The translations under genes were made by a program, and so were the position numbers. A stretch of DNA of 32,000 nucleotides from Telmatocola sphagniphila (GTDB lineage Bacteria > Planctomycetota > Planctomycetia > Gemmatales > Gemmataceae): contig NZ_CP074694.1 of assembly GCF_018398935.1 (NCBI RefSeq), positions 3,900,001 to 3,932,000 on the forward strand. The letters run 5' to 3'. Positions within the stretch are counted from its first letter, which is position 1. Each line of letters opens with the position of its first letter. Below, in pieces: positions 1 through 8,382 of this stretch. Below the pieces are notes generated by a model, which ran no database searches, was not told the origin of the DNA, and was given only the letters and a program-made list of their open reading frames with translations.

Positions 1-425
1 GTCCGATAAAGCTTGCTTTGGATCGAGGTCACCTGCGACGGGCTCTGAGTCTCGGGCTTACCGAGTTCCAGATTGCCCATCCCGATAAGCCAATTCTCTG
101 CACAGACGGACCGCGCCGCTATGTCTGTATGCCCCTGGGTAAAGCCTCGGTGATTGCGGCTTCCCCAGAAGCCGTGCAGGTAGAGTTGGGGGAGACTGCG
201 ATTCCCGGTTCGAGAAACGCGAGATCCGAAGCTGCTATTCCGGTAAGGATCCGGAAGGCCACCTCACCAGTTCTAACTGGCCTGGTTTCGGAAGCGGCGG
301 CAATCCGGTCAAGCCTTCAAGATCTACTCGAGCGACTGAGATCTTTCAGTCAACAGTTCCAGCGCTTGCTTCCTGAACAGCACAAATGGCAGGAATGTTT
401 GAAGAATCTGCCTCAAGCGAGCTAG
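1..425 (+). CDS. hypothetical protein, C-terminal part; CDS open at left window edge
   Basis: ORF track 18..425 (TTG). The same frame has no stop back to nt 3, so the gene probably begins upstream of the window. Segment LDRGHLRRALSLGLTEFQIAHPDKPILCTDGPRRYVCMPL only loosely recalls the C-terminal YV.MP strand of beta-clamp-like proteins. No function assigned. Confidence 0.4.
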   Translation, partial: PIKLALDRGHLRRALSLGLTEFQIAHPDKPILCTDGPRRYVCMPLGKASVIAASPEAVQVELGETAIPGSRNARSEAAIPVRIRKATSPVLTGLVSEAAAIRSSLQDLLERLRSFSQQFQRLLPEQHKWQECLKNLPQAS

Positions 426-492
426 CAAATTTGCGCAGTGCGTAGTTCCCAAATTCTGAATTTAAATCTCAACTCTTTCGGAGAAAATAGAC

Positions 493-648
493 ATGGGTGC
501 TAAACAAAAATTGAATGCGGCTCATCTGACGGGCACAGCTTTGGTGGCCATTCTAATCGGGGTGATCTTCCATTCAACAGCGATTGCCTTGGGAGCGTTC
601 GCGTTTTTGCTCGTTGTGGATTACGTTTCGGGGAATATTCGACGGTAG
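493..648 (+). CDS. small hydrophobic protein (51 aa), below the ORF-track size cutoff
   Basis: ATG at 493 with GGAG at 480-483. My translation is MGAKQKLNAAHLTGTALVAILIGVIFHSTAIALGAFAFLLVVDYVSGNIRR, with two hydrophobic stretches. A hairpin follows at 658-689. Confidence 0.35.
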   Translation: MGAKQKLNAAHLTGTALVAILIGVIFHSTAIALGAFAFLLVVDYVSGNIRR

Positions 649-657
649 TCTTTGCAT

Positions 658-689
658 CTCCCGATCGTAACTTCGCTTATGATCGGGAG
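658..689 (+). terminator. stem-loop CTCCCGATC-N14-GATCGGGAG downstream of the small ORF
   Basis: Perfect 9-bp inverted repeat read directly (658-666 / 681-689). There is no clear U-tract, so terminator function is tentative. Confidence 0.3.
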
Positions 690-979
690 AGTTGAATTAA
701 TTCTGGAGTTACCAAGCGAGCTTCTCTTTAGCTATCGGCGGCCTTCAGCAAAATGGATTGTCCATCAGGGAGAGCTTTAACACGGTAAAGGCGCGTTTAT
801 ATTGGTGGTTCGTGTGAGTTCAAATCGAAATAAATCTTCAGGATCATAGGTCGTTTTTTTGCAAATTCGGGTAGCGGAAATAGACGAGAAATCTTTATGG
901 AAATGCGGTTTGTTTCAGGATAAGATCAGTTCTGTAATACCTCTCTTCCTCAATCTTCAAGGCTTAAAAAGAGATATTC

Positions 980-1942
980 GTGATGTCGGAGCCTAGCCTC
1001 AAAGAACTTCCTTCAGCGAACGGTCACGTTTCGAATTTCCCGGAACTCTCCAGGGAGCTTATTCCCGCTTATTCAGAGCCAGTGCCCGCCTCGCCAAGCG
1101 AAACTCGCTATCTTCTAGTCAAAGCCCATGTTGGCTTTGGCGACCGTCTGCAGTGTCTCAGCCAAGCGATTGAGCATGCCAAAAAATACAACCGAACACT
1201 TTCCGTCGACTGGTCGGATTCGATCTGGTCTGATGGCACAGTCGATTTCGATACGTTTTTCCATATTTGCGGAGTTCAGACCGTACCTCCCGCGGAGATT
1301 TACCAGAGGAATTTTTCCACGGTAGAACCCATCGGCTGGATGAACCAGTACGATCGCAAGGCATCCTGCGATTTTATTTTTAAAACCGAGTACGAACTGA
1401 CTCTCAAGGATGAAGATCTGCCTTCGCAGCTGGTGGTTTATCCCAGCGTTGGGTTGCGAACCTATTACGTGGCCAACTTATGCATGCTCCGAGTCAAGAA
1501 GCCCTGGCGAGATAGTATCGTTCAGGAGTTAAAACGGTACTCTAAGTTCAAGACGCTGGTCCACCTGCGCGGCACGGACAAGCATGCTTCCGAAAAAATC
1601 CCGGAGTACATGGAGAAGATCAAAGCGAAGATGGCAGATATTCCAAAAACCGAACCTGTTTTGATCGTGTCCGACAGTCTGCCGCTCTACCAGGAACTTC
1701 GGGAATCTTTTCCCAATGCAGTGCTGCGAACGCCCAATTTAGATCGATTCCGAACGGATCAAGGAACGCACTTTCAGCTGCAGATCCCGAAGTCTGAGTT
1801 CAACCTGAACACTCTCATCGATTTCTTTTTAATAGCTTATTCGAGCAATTGTATCGCGGAAGGCGAATCGATGTTCTACACGATGGCGCGTTTTCTAGAT
1901 TGCGGTCCAAAGAAGGACATTCTGGGTTATGACGGGGACTGA
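980..1942 (+). CDS. putative glycosyltransferase (fucosyltransferase-like GT-B fold; function tentative)
   Basis: 320-aa ORF (GTG 980 / ATG 983). Motif LVHLRGTDK resembles the HxRRGD arginine motif of fucosyltransferase-type GT families. It lies next to a large multi-GT gene. Confidence 0.6.
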   Translation: MMSEPSLKELPSANGHVSNFPELSRELIPAYSEPVPASPSETRYLLVKAHVGFGDRLQCLSQAIEHAKKYNRTLSVDWSDSIWSDGTVDFDTFFHICGVQTVPPAEIYQRNFSTVEPIGWMNQYDRKASCDFIFKTEYELTLKDEDLPSQLVVYPSVGLRTYYVANLCMLRVKKPWRDSIVQELKRYSKFKTLVHLRGTDKHASEKIPEYMEKIKAKMADIPKTEPVLIVSDSLPLYQELRESFPNAVLRTPNLDRFRTDQGTHFQLQIPKSEFNLNTLIDFFLIAYSSNCIAEGESMFYTMARFLDCGPKKDILGYDGD

Positions 1943-2012
1943 AAAACAATCGCTCACGCGCAGAGCGATCCTTAGAGACTATACTTAACGGACTTCGTTT
2001 CCCTCTGAATTC

Positions 2013-5000
2013 TTATTCGCTCTTAAATCCCACGGTTTCGAGTACCAGGAGATTATGCTTCGCCTCCGCATTATTCGGATCGAGCTCCAATAAATCCAAC
2101 AGCGCTTTCTGAGCCACTTGCGGATCCTTCCCTTCTCTGAGAAGGGCATGCGTCAGATGCGTTCTGAGAAGCACCGATTGAGGGTATTTTTCGATTGCTT
2201 TGAATAACCGATCTCTGACTCTCGAGAACTCATTGAGATTCATGTAGTAACGAACCCAAAGGGATTCCGCTTCGATTTCACCAGTAGGACCTAACTGGGA
2301 CATGCGTTGTAAGTAGGATTCGAAGATCGCCTTATTGTTAAGACGAGCGGCGATTTCGGCAAACCCAGCCAACGCGGGGAGGAAGGTGGGTTCGCTCTCC
2401 AGAACTTGTTGCCACTGCTCCTGGGCATCCCCGAATCGTCCTTGCTCCATGTAAAGTATTGCCAGATTGTGCCGAGCTTTATAACCTCGTAAGCCCGTAT
2501 CCACTGAAGCGAAGTGATTGGATTCCCGAGTATTAATGAGATCTTTGAAGCAAGCCTCCGCTCCTGGGATGTCTCCTCGCTCTCGAAGCATCATAGCATG
2601 CAAGAAAATGAGTTCCGAGTCTTGGGGATAAACCTGAAGGCCGGCTTTCACTGCATAGAAGGCTTCGTCGTTTTGTCCCAGTTTCCGATGTGCCTGCACA
2701 ATCAGTGCATACAGTTTTCGGACAATGGAATCGGAGGGATGAGACCCGGCCAGGCTTCTACGAAAGAGGTCCAGAGCAATTTGATGTTCCCCCAATTCCT
2801 GATGGATCGATCCTAAGTTGAACAAGGTAAACGGATTACTCGGATTCTCCGCAATTTCAAGTTCCAGGAGTCGGCGGTCACGACCCAGCTTGCTTTTTCG
2901 AAGTGCGGGATCTTTGTAGCCAACATGCCGAATGGTCGCATCGGACCAACGAATTTCCGCATTGAGGGAGCGTAGATCGGGTAAAATTTGCTCGTGCACT
3001 CGAAAACGCCAGCGTAATCTGGGATCGCGACGGAATAGCCGCACATGATCGACAACCGTTTCAGCGCCTCCTGGGCCGTCACTGACGCACAAGCATTTCA
3101 TAACGTAAGATGCCATAGTGTTGTCGAGGCTGTCGAATAGCTCTTTGAGCTTCTGACGATTAGCCTCGTCGACCCGGTCATCCGCATCCATCCAGAAAAC
3201 CCAATCCCCCGTAGCGTGCTTCAGCCCTTCATTTCTCGCAGCCGCAAAACTATCGACCCAAGGGAAATCATAAACTTTAGCTCCGAGTCGCTGGGCGATT
3301 TCACGAGTTCGATCCTGGGATCCGGTATCCACGACAATCATCTCGTCGACCAAATCTCTAACACTCAATAAACAATCCTCTAGATTGGCTTCTTCATTTT
3401 TGACCATCATGGTGAGTGAAATGGAAACCGAGCGTTTTTTATCCTTCTCGATTCTACTTGAGGGAGATTGAGAATGAGCTTTGGGAGATTGACTTCGATA
3501 ACCTGCCGATTCCGCATCCCCCCATTTTTTTTGGAATAGAGCAAAGTTTTCGTTAAGGAGTCGTTTCGTATCGAGTTTCAGCCCTTTAAAGGTACAGCTT
3601 CCTTCGTGGTGAATGTACACGTCGAGCGCGACCAGCAACTTCAATCCAAGTTTACGGGTCCGAACGCAGAGATCATCATCTTCAAAAAATCCCGTTCCGA
3701 AATTTTCGTCGAGTCCTCCGAGATGATCAAAAAGCGTTTTTCGACCCAAAAGGCAAAATCCCGTCAATCTTTCCGTTTCCAGACAATGTCCCTGGTATTC
3801 TGCTTTACGAAGAGCGGCGAATGGAGAAATGCCTTCTAGCGAGTTGTAGTCGGGAATAACAAGTTGCGGCGCGCGCGTTCCATTGGAAACGGGCCCAACT
3901 AATCCGATTTGATCGGGTGCGGATATTTGCCAATCGATCAGAGCCTCCAACCAGTCCGCAGTGACTATGGTGTCATTATTCAAAAGGACGACGTATTCCC
4001 CGTGGGCCACTTTCAAGGCTTGATTCACTCCTTTTGGAAAACCCAGGTTGTGCTCATTCCGAATCATCAACCAGCGATCGGCGCCGAATTTTTCACTGTA
4101 TTCTTGGAGTAGAAACTCGGTTTCATCAGTGGAGCCATTATCGATGACTATCAATTCGTAGGGAGATCGAGTGTGTAAAAGTAGGCTTTCGAAACAGCGA
4201 CGCGTGTACGCCGCTTCATTACAGCACAAAATGATAATCGAAGTCAATTCGTCCCCTGAAAGAATCATTCCCTCGAACCAGTGCTCCTGGGGAACTACCT
4301 GCGGGGCCGACTTTTGGAGTGCTTGCTGAAGAAGTAAAAAGCGGTTTTTTTCGCGAAATGCTTGAATATCTTGAAGCGTCTGGGTATAAGCCCGAGAGGC
4401 TTGGCGATCAAAAGGGCTTGCCTTCACCGCTTGCGACAGATAATTGGATGCCGCCAGAATATGCCCTTCTCGTGCCAAAGCGCATCCTAGGGCGGCTCTA
4501 GTATGAATCATTTCTCGCTTGAAATTGACTGCTTCATAGAAAAAATAAATCTTGCCCGTTGATTTTGCGAGTTCTTCACTTATTCGAGAAAGCAGTAAAA
4601 TTTTCTTTTCGGCAAATTCGCGTTCGACATCCCCCGCATTCGACCAACCGGTTCTCTCCCATTCCACTTTAAAATAGTCATAGGGACCCGGCATTTCGCG
4701 ATCGAATCGATCTCGACCGTTGGACTTTAAAGCAGCTATTCTATTCTGCAATTCGATTAACTGCGGTACCGGAATTGATCCCGCCAATTCCGAACGTCGA
4801 AATTTTGTAGCCATCACCTCCAAAGGGGAGTCCCATCTCATTATTGAGTTTTCGTTCTTCAGCCTAAATTCCATGCGATCATCAAGAAGCGAACGATTGT
4901 CGTCGATTTTAAATTCAATATCTTTCCAAAGTTTGGGAAAGGTGAAGCGGTCCAATTTAGATTGAGCATTCTCCACTATTTCGGAAATCTCTTTCGGATG

Positions 5001-5591
5001 CTCAAGATAGTATCGGATCTTTTGTTCTAAATTTTCGCTGTTATATTCCACGTAGTCTTTTTCGGGTACTAGAAATTCTTGTACCTCCCAATTCTCTTCC
5101 TCTTGAAATAGCAAGGCACCCGACGCAATCGCTTCAAATACTCGCTTATTGCATTCACCGCGAATTGAGTGATTAAAAACGATCCTCGCTCGATTAAGCA
5201 ATCTCCTATATTCCTCACCGAAAACTCCGGTTCGGATAACGACGTTCCAATTTTTTGATAAACGCGCAATCTCACCCAGCCAAGACATGCGTTCACTTTG
5301 TACGCAGGGATTTAAATTTCCGACGAAGAGCACATCGATATCTCTCGGGATCTTTTGCCAGGCATGGTCTCTCATTGAGCGGGGAAGACCGAAAAGATTT
5401 CCACTCAAAGCGTGTTGGACATTGTCTTTTTTGAAAATTGCCACTCCGGGCTTATCGGAAATGATTAGATCGCATAAGCCGAAGTGTTTTTTATAATGAT
5501 GCCATTGTAGATTCCAATCCGGCGCAAGACCCACAATTGGAATTGGCAGTTTAAATATTGCTTCAGGTATCTGCTGATAGGCAAGCCACAA
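2013..5591 (-). CDS. multidomain glycosyltransferase: CgeB-like GT + two GT2 domains + C-terminal TPR repeats; probably 5'-truncated
   Basis: 1192-aa ORF. aa 80-230 (VLFVGNLNP...RARIVFNHSIRGECNKRVFEAIASGALLF) is CgeB/GT1-like. aa 450-690 is GT2 (IIILCCNEAAYTRRC, VIDNGSTDET, LLNNDT, FFEDDDLC). aa 722-900 is a second GT2 (LTMMVKNEEANLEDCL, VVDTGSQDRT, WMDADD). aa ~905-1185 are TPR-like repeats. The only start is a TTG at 5591. The frame stays open and coding-like (..LEQLIEDFGKPDLIY) upstream to the transposon end at 5690, with no ATG/GTG. Confidence 0.85.
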   Translation of the reverse strand: MWLAYQQIPEAIFKLPIPIVGLAPDWNLQWHHYKKHFGLCDLIISDKPGVAIFKKDNVQHALSGNLFGLPRSMRDHAWQKIPRDIDVLFVGNLNPCVQSERMSWLGEIARLSKNWNVVIRTGVFGEEYRRLLNRARIVFNHSIRGECNKRVFEAIASGALLFQEEENWEVQEFLVPEKDYVEYNSENLEQKIRYYLEHPKEISEIVENAQSKLDRFTFPKLWKDIEFKIDDNRSLLDDRMEFRLKNENSIMRWDSPLEVMATKFRRSELAGSIPVPQLIELQNRIAALKSNGRDRFDREMPGPYDYFKVEWERTGWSNAGDVEREFAEKKILLLSRISEELAKSTGKIYFFYEAVNFKREMIHTRAALGCALAREGHILAASNYLSQAVKASPFDRQASRAYTQTLQDIQAFREKNRFLLLQQALQKSAPQVVPQEHWFEGMILSGDELTSIIILCCNEAAYTRRCFESLLLHTRSPYELIVIDNGSTDETEFLLQEYSEKFGADRWLMIRNEHNLGFPKGVNQALKVAHGEYVVLLNNDTIVTADWLEALIDWQISAPDQIGLVGPVSNGTRAPQLVIPDYNSLEGISPFAALRKAEYQGHCLETERLTGFCLLGRKTLFDHLGGLDENFGTGFFEDDDLCVRTRKLGLKLLVALDVYIHHEGSCTFKGLKLDTKRLLNENFALFQKKWGDAESAGYRSQSPKAHSQSPSSRIEKDKKRSVSISLTMMVKNEEANLEDCLLSVRDLVDEMIVVDTGSQDRTREIAQRLGAKVYDFPWVDSFAAARNEGLKHATGDWVFWMDADDRVDEANRQKLKELFDSLDNTMASYVMKCLCVSDGPGGAETVVDHVRLFRRDPRLRWRFRVHEQILPDLRSLNAEIRWSDATIRHVGYKDPALRKSKLGRDRRLLELEIAENPSNPFTLFNLGSIHQELGEHQIALDLFRRSLAGSHPSDSIVRKLYALIVQAHRKLGQNDEAFYAVKAGLQVYPQDSELIFLHAMMLRERGDIPGAEACFKDLINTRESNHFASVDTGLRGYKARHNLAILYMEQGRFGDAQEQWQQVLESEPTFLPALAGFAEIAARLNNKAIFESYLQRMSQLGPTGEIEAESLWVRYYMNLNEFSRVRDRLFKAIEKYPQSVLLRTHLTHALLREGKDPQVAQKALLDLLELDPNNAEAKHNLLVLETVGFKSE

Positions 5592-5689
5592 GTAAATGAG
5601 ATCCGGTTTTCCAAAATCTTCAATGAGTTGTTCGAGATCTCGGAGTTTGGAATTGGCAGATAAGGTTAGTTCCGATGATGTATCATAAC

Positions 5690-5754
5690 TGTCCCCTTTC
5701 CTGAAATATCTACCGGTTTAGCCGTTTAAATCGCTATAGGAATTACCTTCTCTT
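5690..5754 (+). repeat. left terminal inverted repeat (IRL)
   Basis: TGTCCCCTTTCCTGAAATATCTACCGGTTTAGCCGTTTAAATCGCTATAGGAATTACCTTCTCTT. It matches the reverse complement of 9376-9440 at roughly two thirds of positions (blocks TGT, CCCCT, AATAT, CCG, TTTAA, AGGAATT, TCTCTT). Confidence 0.65.
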
Positions 5755-5788
5755 TCTTAGGCGGGAATACCGCCAGAAGAGAGGCTAT

Positions 5789-7378
5789 ATGGATGAATTC
5801 AACCAGAATGCATTTGCGGAGAAAAGAGAAGAACAACCGAGAGCTGGTCCGACGGAGGATAGGGACCCGCAGTCCGCGGCTGCCGAAGTGGGGCGGGCGG
5901 AGCCGAGCGCCCCTGAGCGCAGCGAAGGGGAGCGACGCGGAGCCCGCCCCACTTCGGAGTCCTTTCCCGATGCGGGTCTGGATTTATCGGATTCCGTGGA
6001 TTCCGAGGTAGAAGCCAGCCTTTCGAAGCGTAGGGAATTCCACTCGAGGTTATCGGTTCGGGGACCTGTTAAGGGACGGCGTTTGGTGAAAAAACCGACC
6101 GAACCCGTGCCGGCGATGACGGCGGAACAGCGGATTTTGTTGCTGGATACCTGGCAGCGGAGCGGCTTGCCCGCCGGCGATTTTGCTCCTTTGGTAGGCG
6201 TCTCGAAACACACGCTTTACGCATGGAAGAAGCGGTTTGAAATTTCTGGCCCGGCCGGATTGTTGGATCAGCCGCGGGGCAAACCTCCGGGCAGCCGCGT
6301 TCACGAGTTGACCAAGCGTACAATCCTGATGCTCAAAAAATCGAATCCGGAATGGGGGTGTCAGCGGATTAGCGACATGCTATTGCGAGGTCCGGCTTTA
6401 CCGGCGAGTGCTTCGGCGGTGGCCCGGGTGCTGCATGAAGCCGGTTATCAACTGGAGCAGGCTCCGACGCGAGGGCATCCGGACAAGGTGCGGTCCTTCG
6501 AGCGGGCCCGTCCGAATCAGTTATGGCAAACTGATCTTTTCACATTTGTGTTAAAACGTCAGAATCGGCGCGTTCATTTGGTCGGGTTCATGGACGATCA
6601 CAGTCGGTTTTTGGTCGGCTACGGCTTGCATGCGAGCCAGTCATCGGCTTTGGTGCTGGAGGTCTTGCGAGCTTCCATGGCTTCTTATGGAACGCCGGAG
6701 GAGATTCTCACCGACAACGGTACGCAGTATGTGACCTGGCGGGGTAAAAGTGCCTTCTCGAAGGAACTCGAAAAACGGGGCATTCGACAGGTAGTAGCGT
6801 CTCCGCGTCATCCGCAGACTTTGGGTAAGATCGAGCGGTTCTGGGGAACCTTGTGGCGTGAGTGCATCGAGAGTGCAATCTTCATCGACATGGGGGATGC
6901 TCAGCGTCGGATTGGGTTATTCATAGACCATTACAACTTCCAGAGGCCCCATCAGGGGATCGATGGTCTGGTGCCCGCGGACCGTTACTTCGGGGCGGCC
7001 TCGGAAGTGCGTCGGAGTCTTCAAACTCGGGTAGCCGCGAATGCCTTGGAGCTGGCTCGAAACGGGATTCCGAAGCAGCCGTTTTATCTGACCGGCCAGG
7101 TGGGAGGTCAGCCCTTCAGCGTCCATGCGGAAGGGGAACGGATGATCTTGACCCGGCCCGAAGGAGAACGGCGGGAGATAGACTTGGTGCCCCCTCCGCC
7201 GCCGGAATCGACTTCCCGAGACGAGTTGCCCAAGCCGGTCTGTCCGGTCGGCGAGGTGAGCAATCCTCAAAGCTTGGGTTCGGAAGAGCCGTCTTTGCCG
7301 GGGGAATCGCCGTTGGATGAGAGCCTGCGTCTGATCGAGGATATGTGGTCGATCCCGCCTGAGGGAGGTGACTTATGA
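5789..7378 (+). CDS. DDE (rve-type) integrase/transposase, IS481-like single-ORF architecture
   Basis: 529 aa. HTH at LPAGDFAPLVGVSKHTLYAWKKRF. Catalytic-type motifs are WQTDLF (D), ILTDNGTQY (D) and LGKIERFW (E). The first ~100 aa are low-complexity, so the true start may be the internal ATG at 6116 (MTAEQR). Confidence 0.85.
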   Translation: MDEFNQNAFAEKREEQPRAGPTEDRDPQSAAAEVGRAEPSAPERSEGERRGARPTSESFPDAGLDLSDSVDSEVEASLSKRREFHSRLSVRGPVKGRRLVKKPTEPVPAMTAEQRILLLDTWQRSGLPAGDFAPLVGVSKHTLYAWKKRFEISGPAGLLDQPRGKPPGSRVHELTKRTILMLKKSNPEWGCQRISDMLLRGPALPASASAVARVLHEAGYQLEQAPTRGHPDKVRSFERARPNQLWQTDLFTFVLKRQNRRVHLVGFMDDHSRFLVGYGLHASQSSALVLEVLRASMASYGTPEEILTDNGTQYVTWRGKSAFSKELEKRGIRQVVASPRHPQTLGKIERFWGTLWRECIESAIFIDMGDAQRRIGLFIDHYNFQRPHQGIDGLVPADRYFGAASEVRRSLQTRVAANALELARNGIPKQPFYLTGQVGGQPFSVHAEGERMILTRPEGERREIDLVPPPPPESTSRDELPKPVCPVGEVSNPQSLGSEEPSLPGESPLDESLRLIEDMWSIPPEGGDL

Positions 7379-7866
7379 CGACTAATTCCGAGGCGAAAGC
7401 ACCGCGTCGGTCTCGTTCGATAGGAGGTCCAAAACTGGGCGAGTCCTGCGGTCCGCAGGCGAAGCGTCTGGCTTCGGTGATACTGGAGGTACTCGCCGGG
7501 GCTCGCACTCCGACCGATGCGGCCACGGCGGTAGGAATCTCTTTGCCGAATTATTATCAGGTCGAAACGCGTGCCTTGCAGGGATTACTGAAAGCTTGCG
7601 AGCCGCGCCCCCGCGGTCGAGTACGGACCGATGCCAGCGAGTTAGCCTCCTTGCAAAAGGAGAATCAGCGTCTGCAACGGGAACTCGGTCGGCACCAAGC
7701 TCTGGCCCGTGCGTCGCAGCGTGCGGTGGGCCTGGCTCCGCCCCCGACGCGATCGGCTTCGGGAAAGAAGGGGCGAAAACGGCGGACCACCGTGCGTGCT
7801 TTAAGCATTGTCGCTCGGTTGAATCCCGTGCAGCAAGAGGCCCCGAAGGAAGCCGGCGTCCAGTGA
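7375..7866 (+). CDS. transposon accessory HTH/coiled-coil protein (paralog 1)
   Basis: 163 aa, start overlaps the integrase stop (ATGA). TDAATAVGISLPNYYQVETRALQGLLKACEPRPRGR...LQKENQRLQREL aligns with VTEACQILGISEPRYHQLKHQMLAAALEALEPRPAGR...LQKELREREAEL of the next ORF. Confidence 0.7.
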   Translation: MTTNSEAKAPRRSRSIGGPKLGESCGPQAKRLASVILEVLAGARTPTDAATAVGISLPNYYQVETRALQGLLKACEPRPRGRVRTDASELASLQKENQRLQRELGRHQALARASQRAVGLAPPPTRSASGKKGRKRRTTVRALSIVARLNPVQQEAPKEAGVQ

Positions 7867-7900
7867 TAACGATATCGCCCTCGATCGAGGAGGATCGGAG

Positions 7901-8374
7901 ATGCGGGGACGAAAACCGGCGGGACCGGAGTCAGTCGATGAACTGCCCGGTTCCGTCATCGCGAAGGATCGCTTGAAAACGTTGTTGCGGACGATGATCG
8001 GAGAATGCCGGGTGACGGAAGCTTGCCAGATACTGGGCATTAGCGAACCCCGTTACCATCAGTTGAAGCATCAGATGCTGGCGGCGGCCCTGGAAGCCCT
8101 GGAACCGCGTCCCGCCGGTCGTCCGGTTCAAGTGCCTTCGGCGGCGGAAGCGGAGATTCAGAAACTTCAAAAAGAATTACGGGAACGGGAAGCGGAGTTA
8201 AATGTAGCACTAGTCCGCGAAGAACTTGCATCGATATTGCCTCGCGTCGCTAAGTCAGCGACCGAACCAGAGAAAAAAAAACGGAAGCGAGGGCGACCAC
8301 CGGGGGACAAAACGGCCGGCGGCGGCGAGGTTGGGGGCGGCAAAAAGATCGCCGGGAGATCGAAAGGAATCTGA
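7901..8374 (+). CDS. transposon accessory HTH/coiled-coil protein (paralog 2); OrfA-like partner of the downstream integrase
   Basis: 157 aa, GGAGG 8 nt upstream. HTH-like ACQILGISEPRYHQLKHQ, then a coiled-coil and a basic tail. Contains an A9 run (8273-8281) near its 3' end. Confidence 0.75.
   Translation: MRGRKPAGPESVDELPGSVIAKDRLKTLLRTMIGECRVTEACQILGISEPRYHQLKHQMLAAALEALEPRPAGRPVQVPSAAEAEIQKLQKELREREAELNVALVREELASILPRVAKSATEPEKKKRKRGRPPGDKTAGGGEVGGGKKIAGRSKGI
8273..8281 (+). promoter_or_regulatory. candidate -1 programmed frameshift site (A AAA AAA) joining 7901-ORF to 8383-ORF
   Basis: The A9 run is read as AAA AAA AAA in the 7901 frame. The -1 frame (that of 8383..9432) is free of stops from 8254 onward. 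OrfA / -1 / OrfB is the classic IS3-family layout. Confidence 0.55.
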
Positions 8375-8382
8375 GGCGGCGA

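Noticed and set aside
2514-5496. Short ORFs (60-100 aa) on both strands inside the 1192-aa glycosyltransferase gene
   Set aside because: They lie entirely within a long ORF that has strong domain signatures. Their translations are low-complexity or stop-poor by chance.
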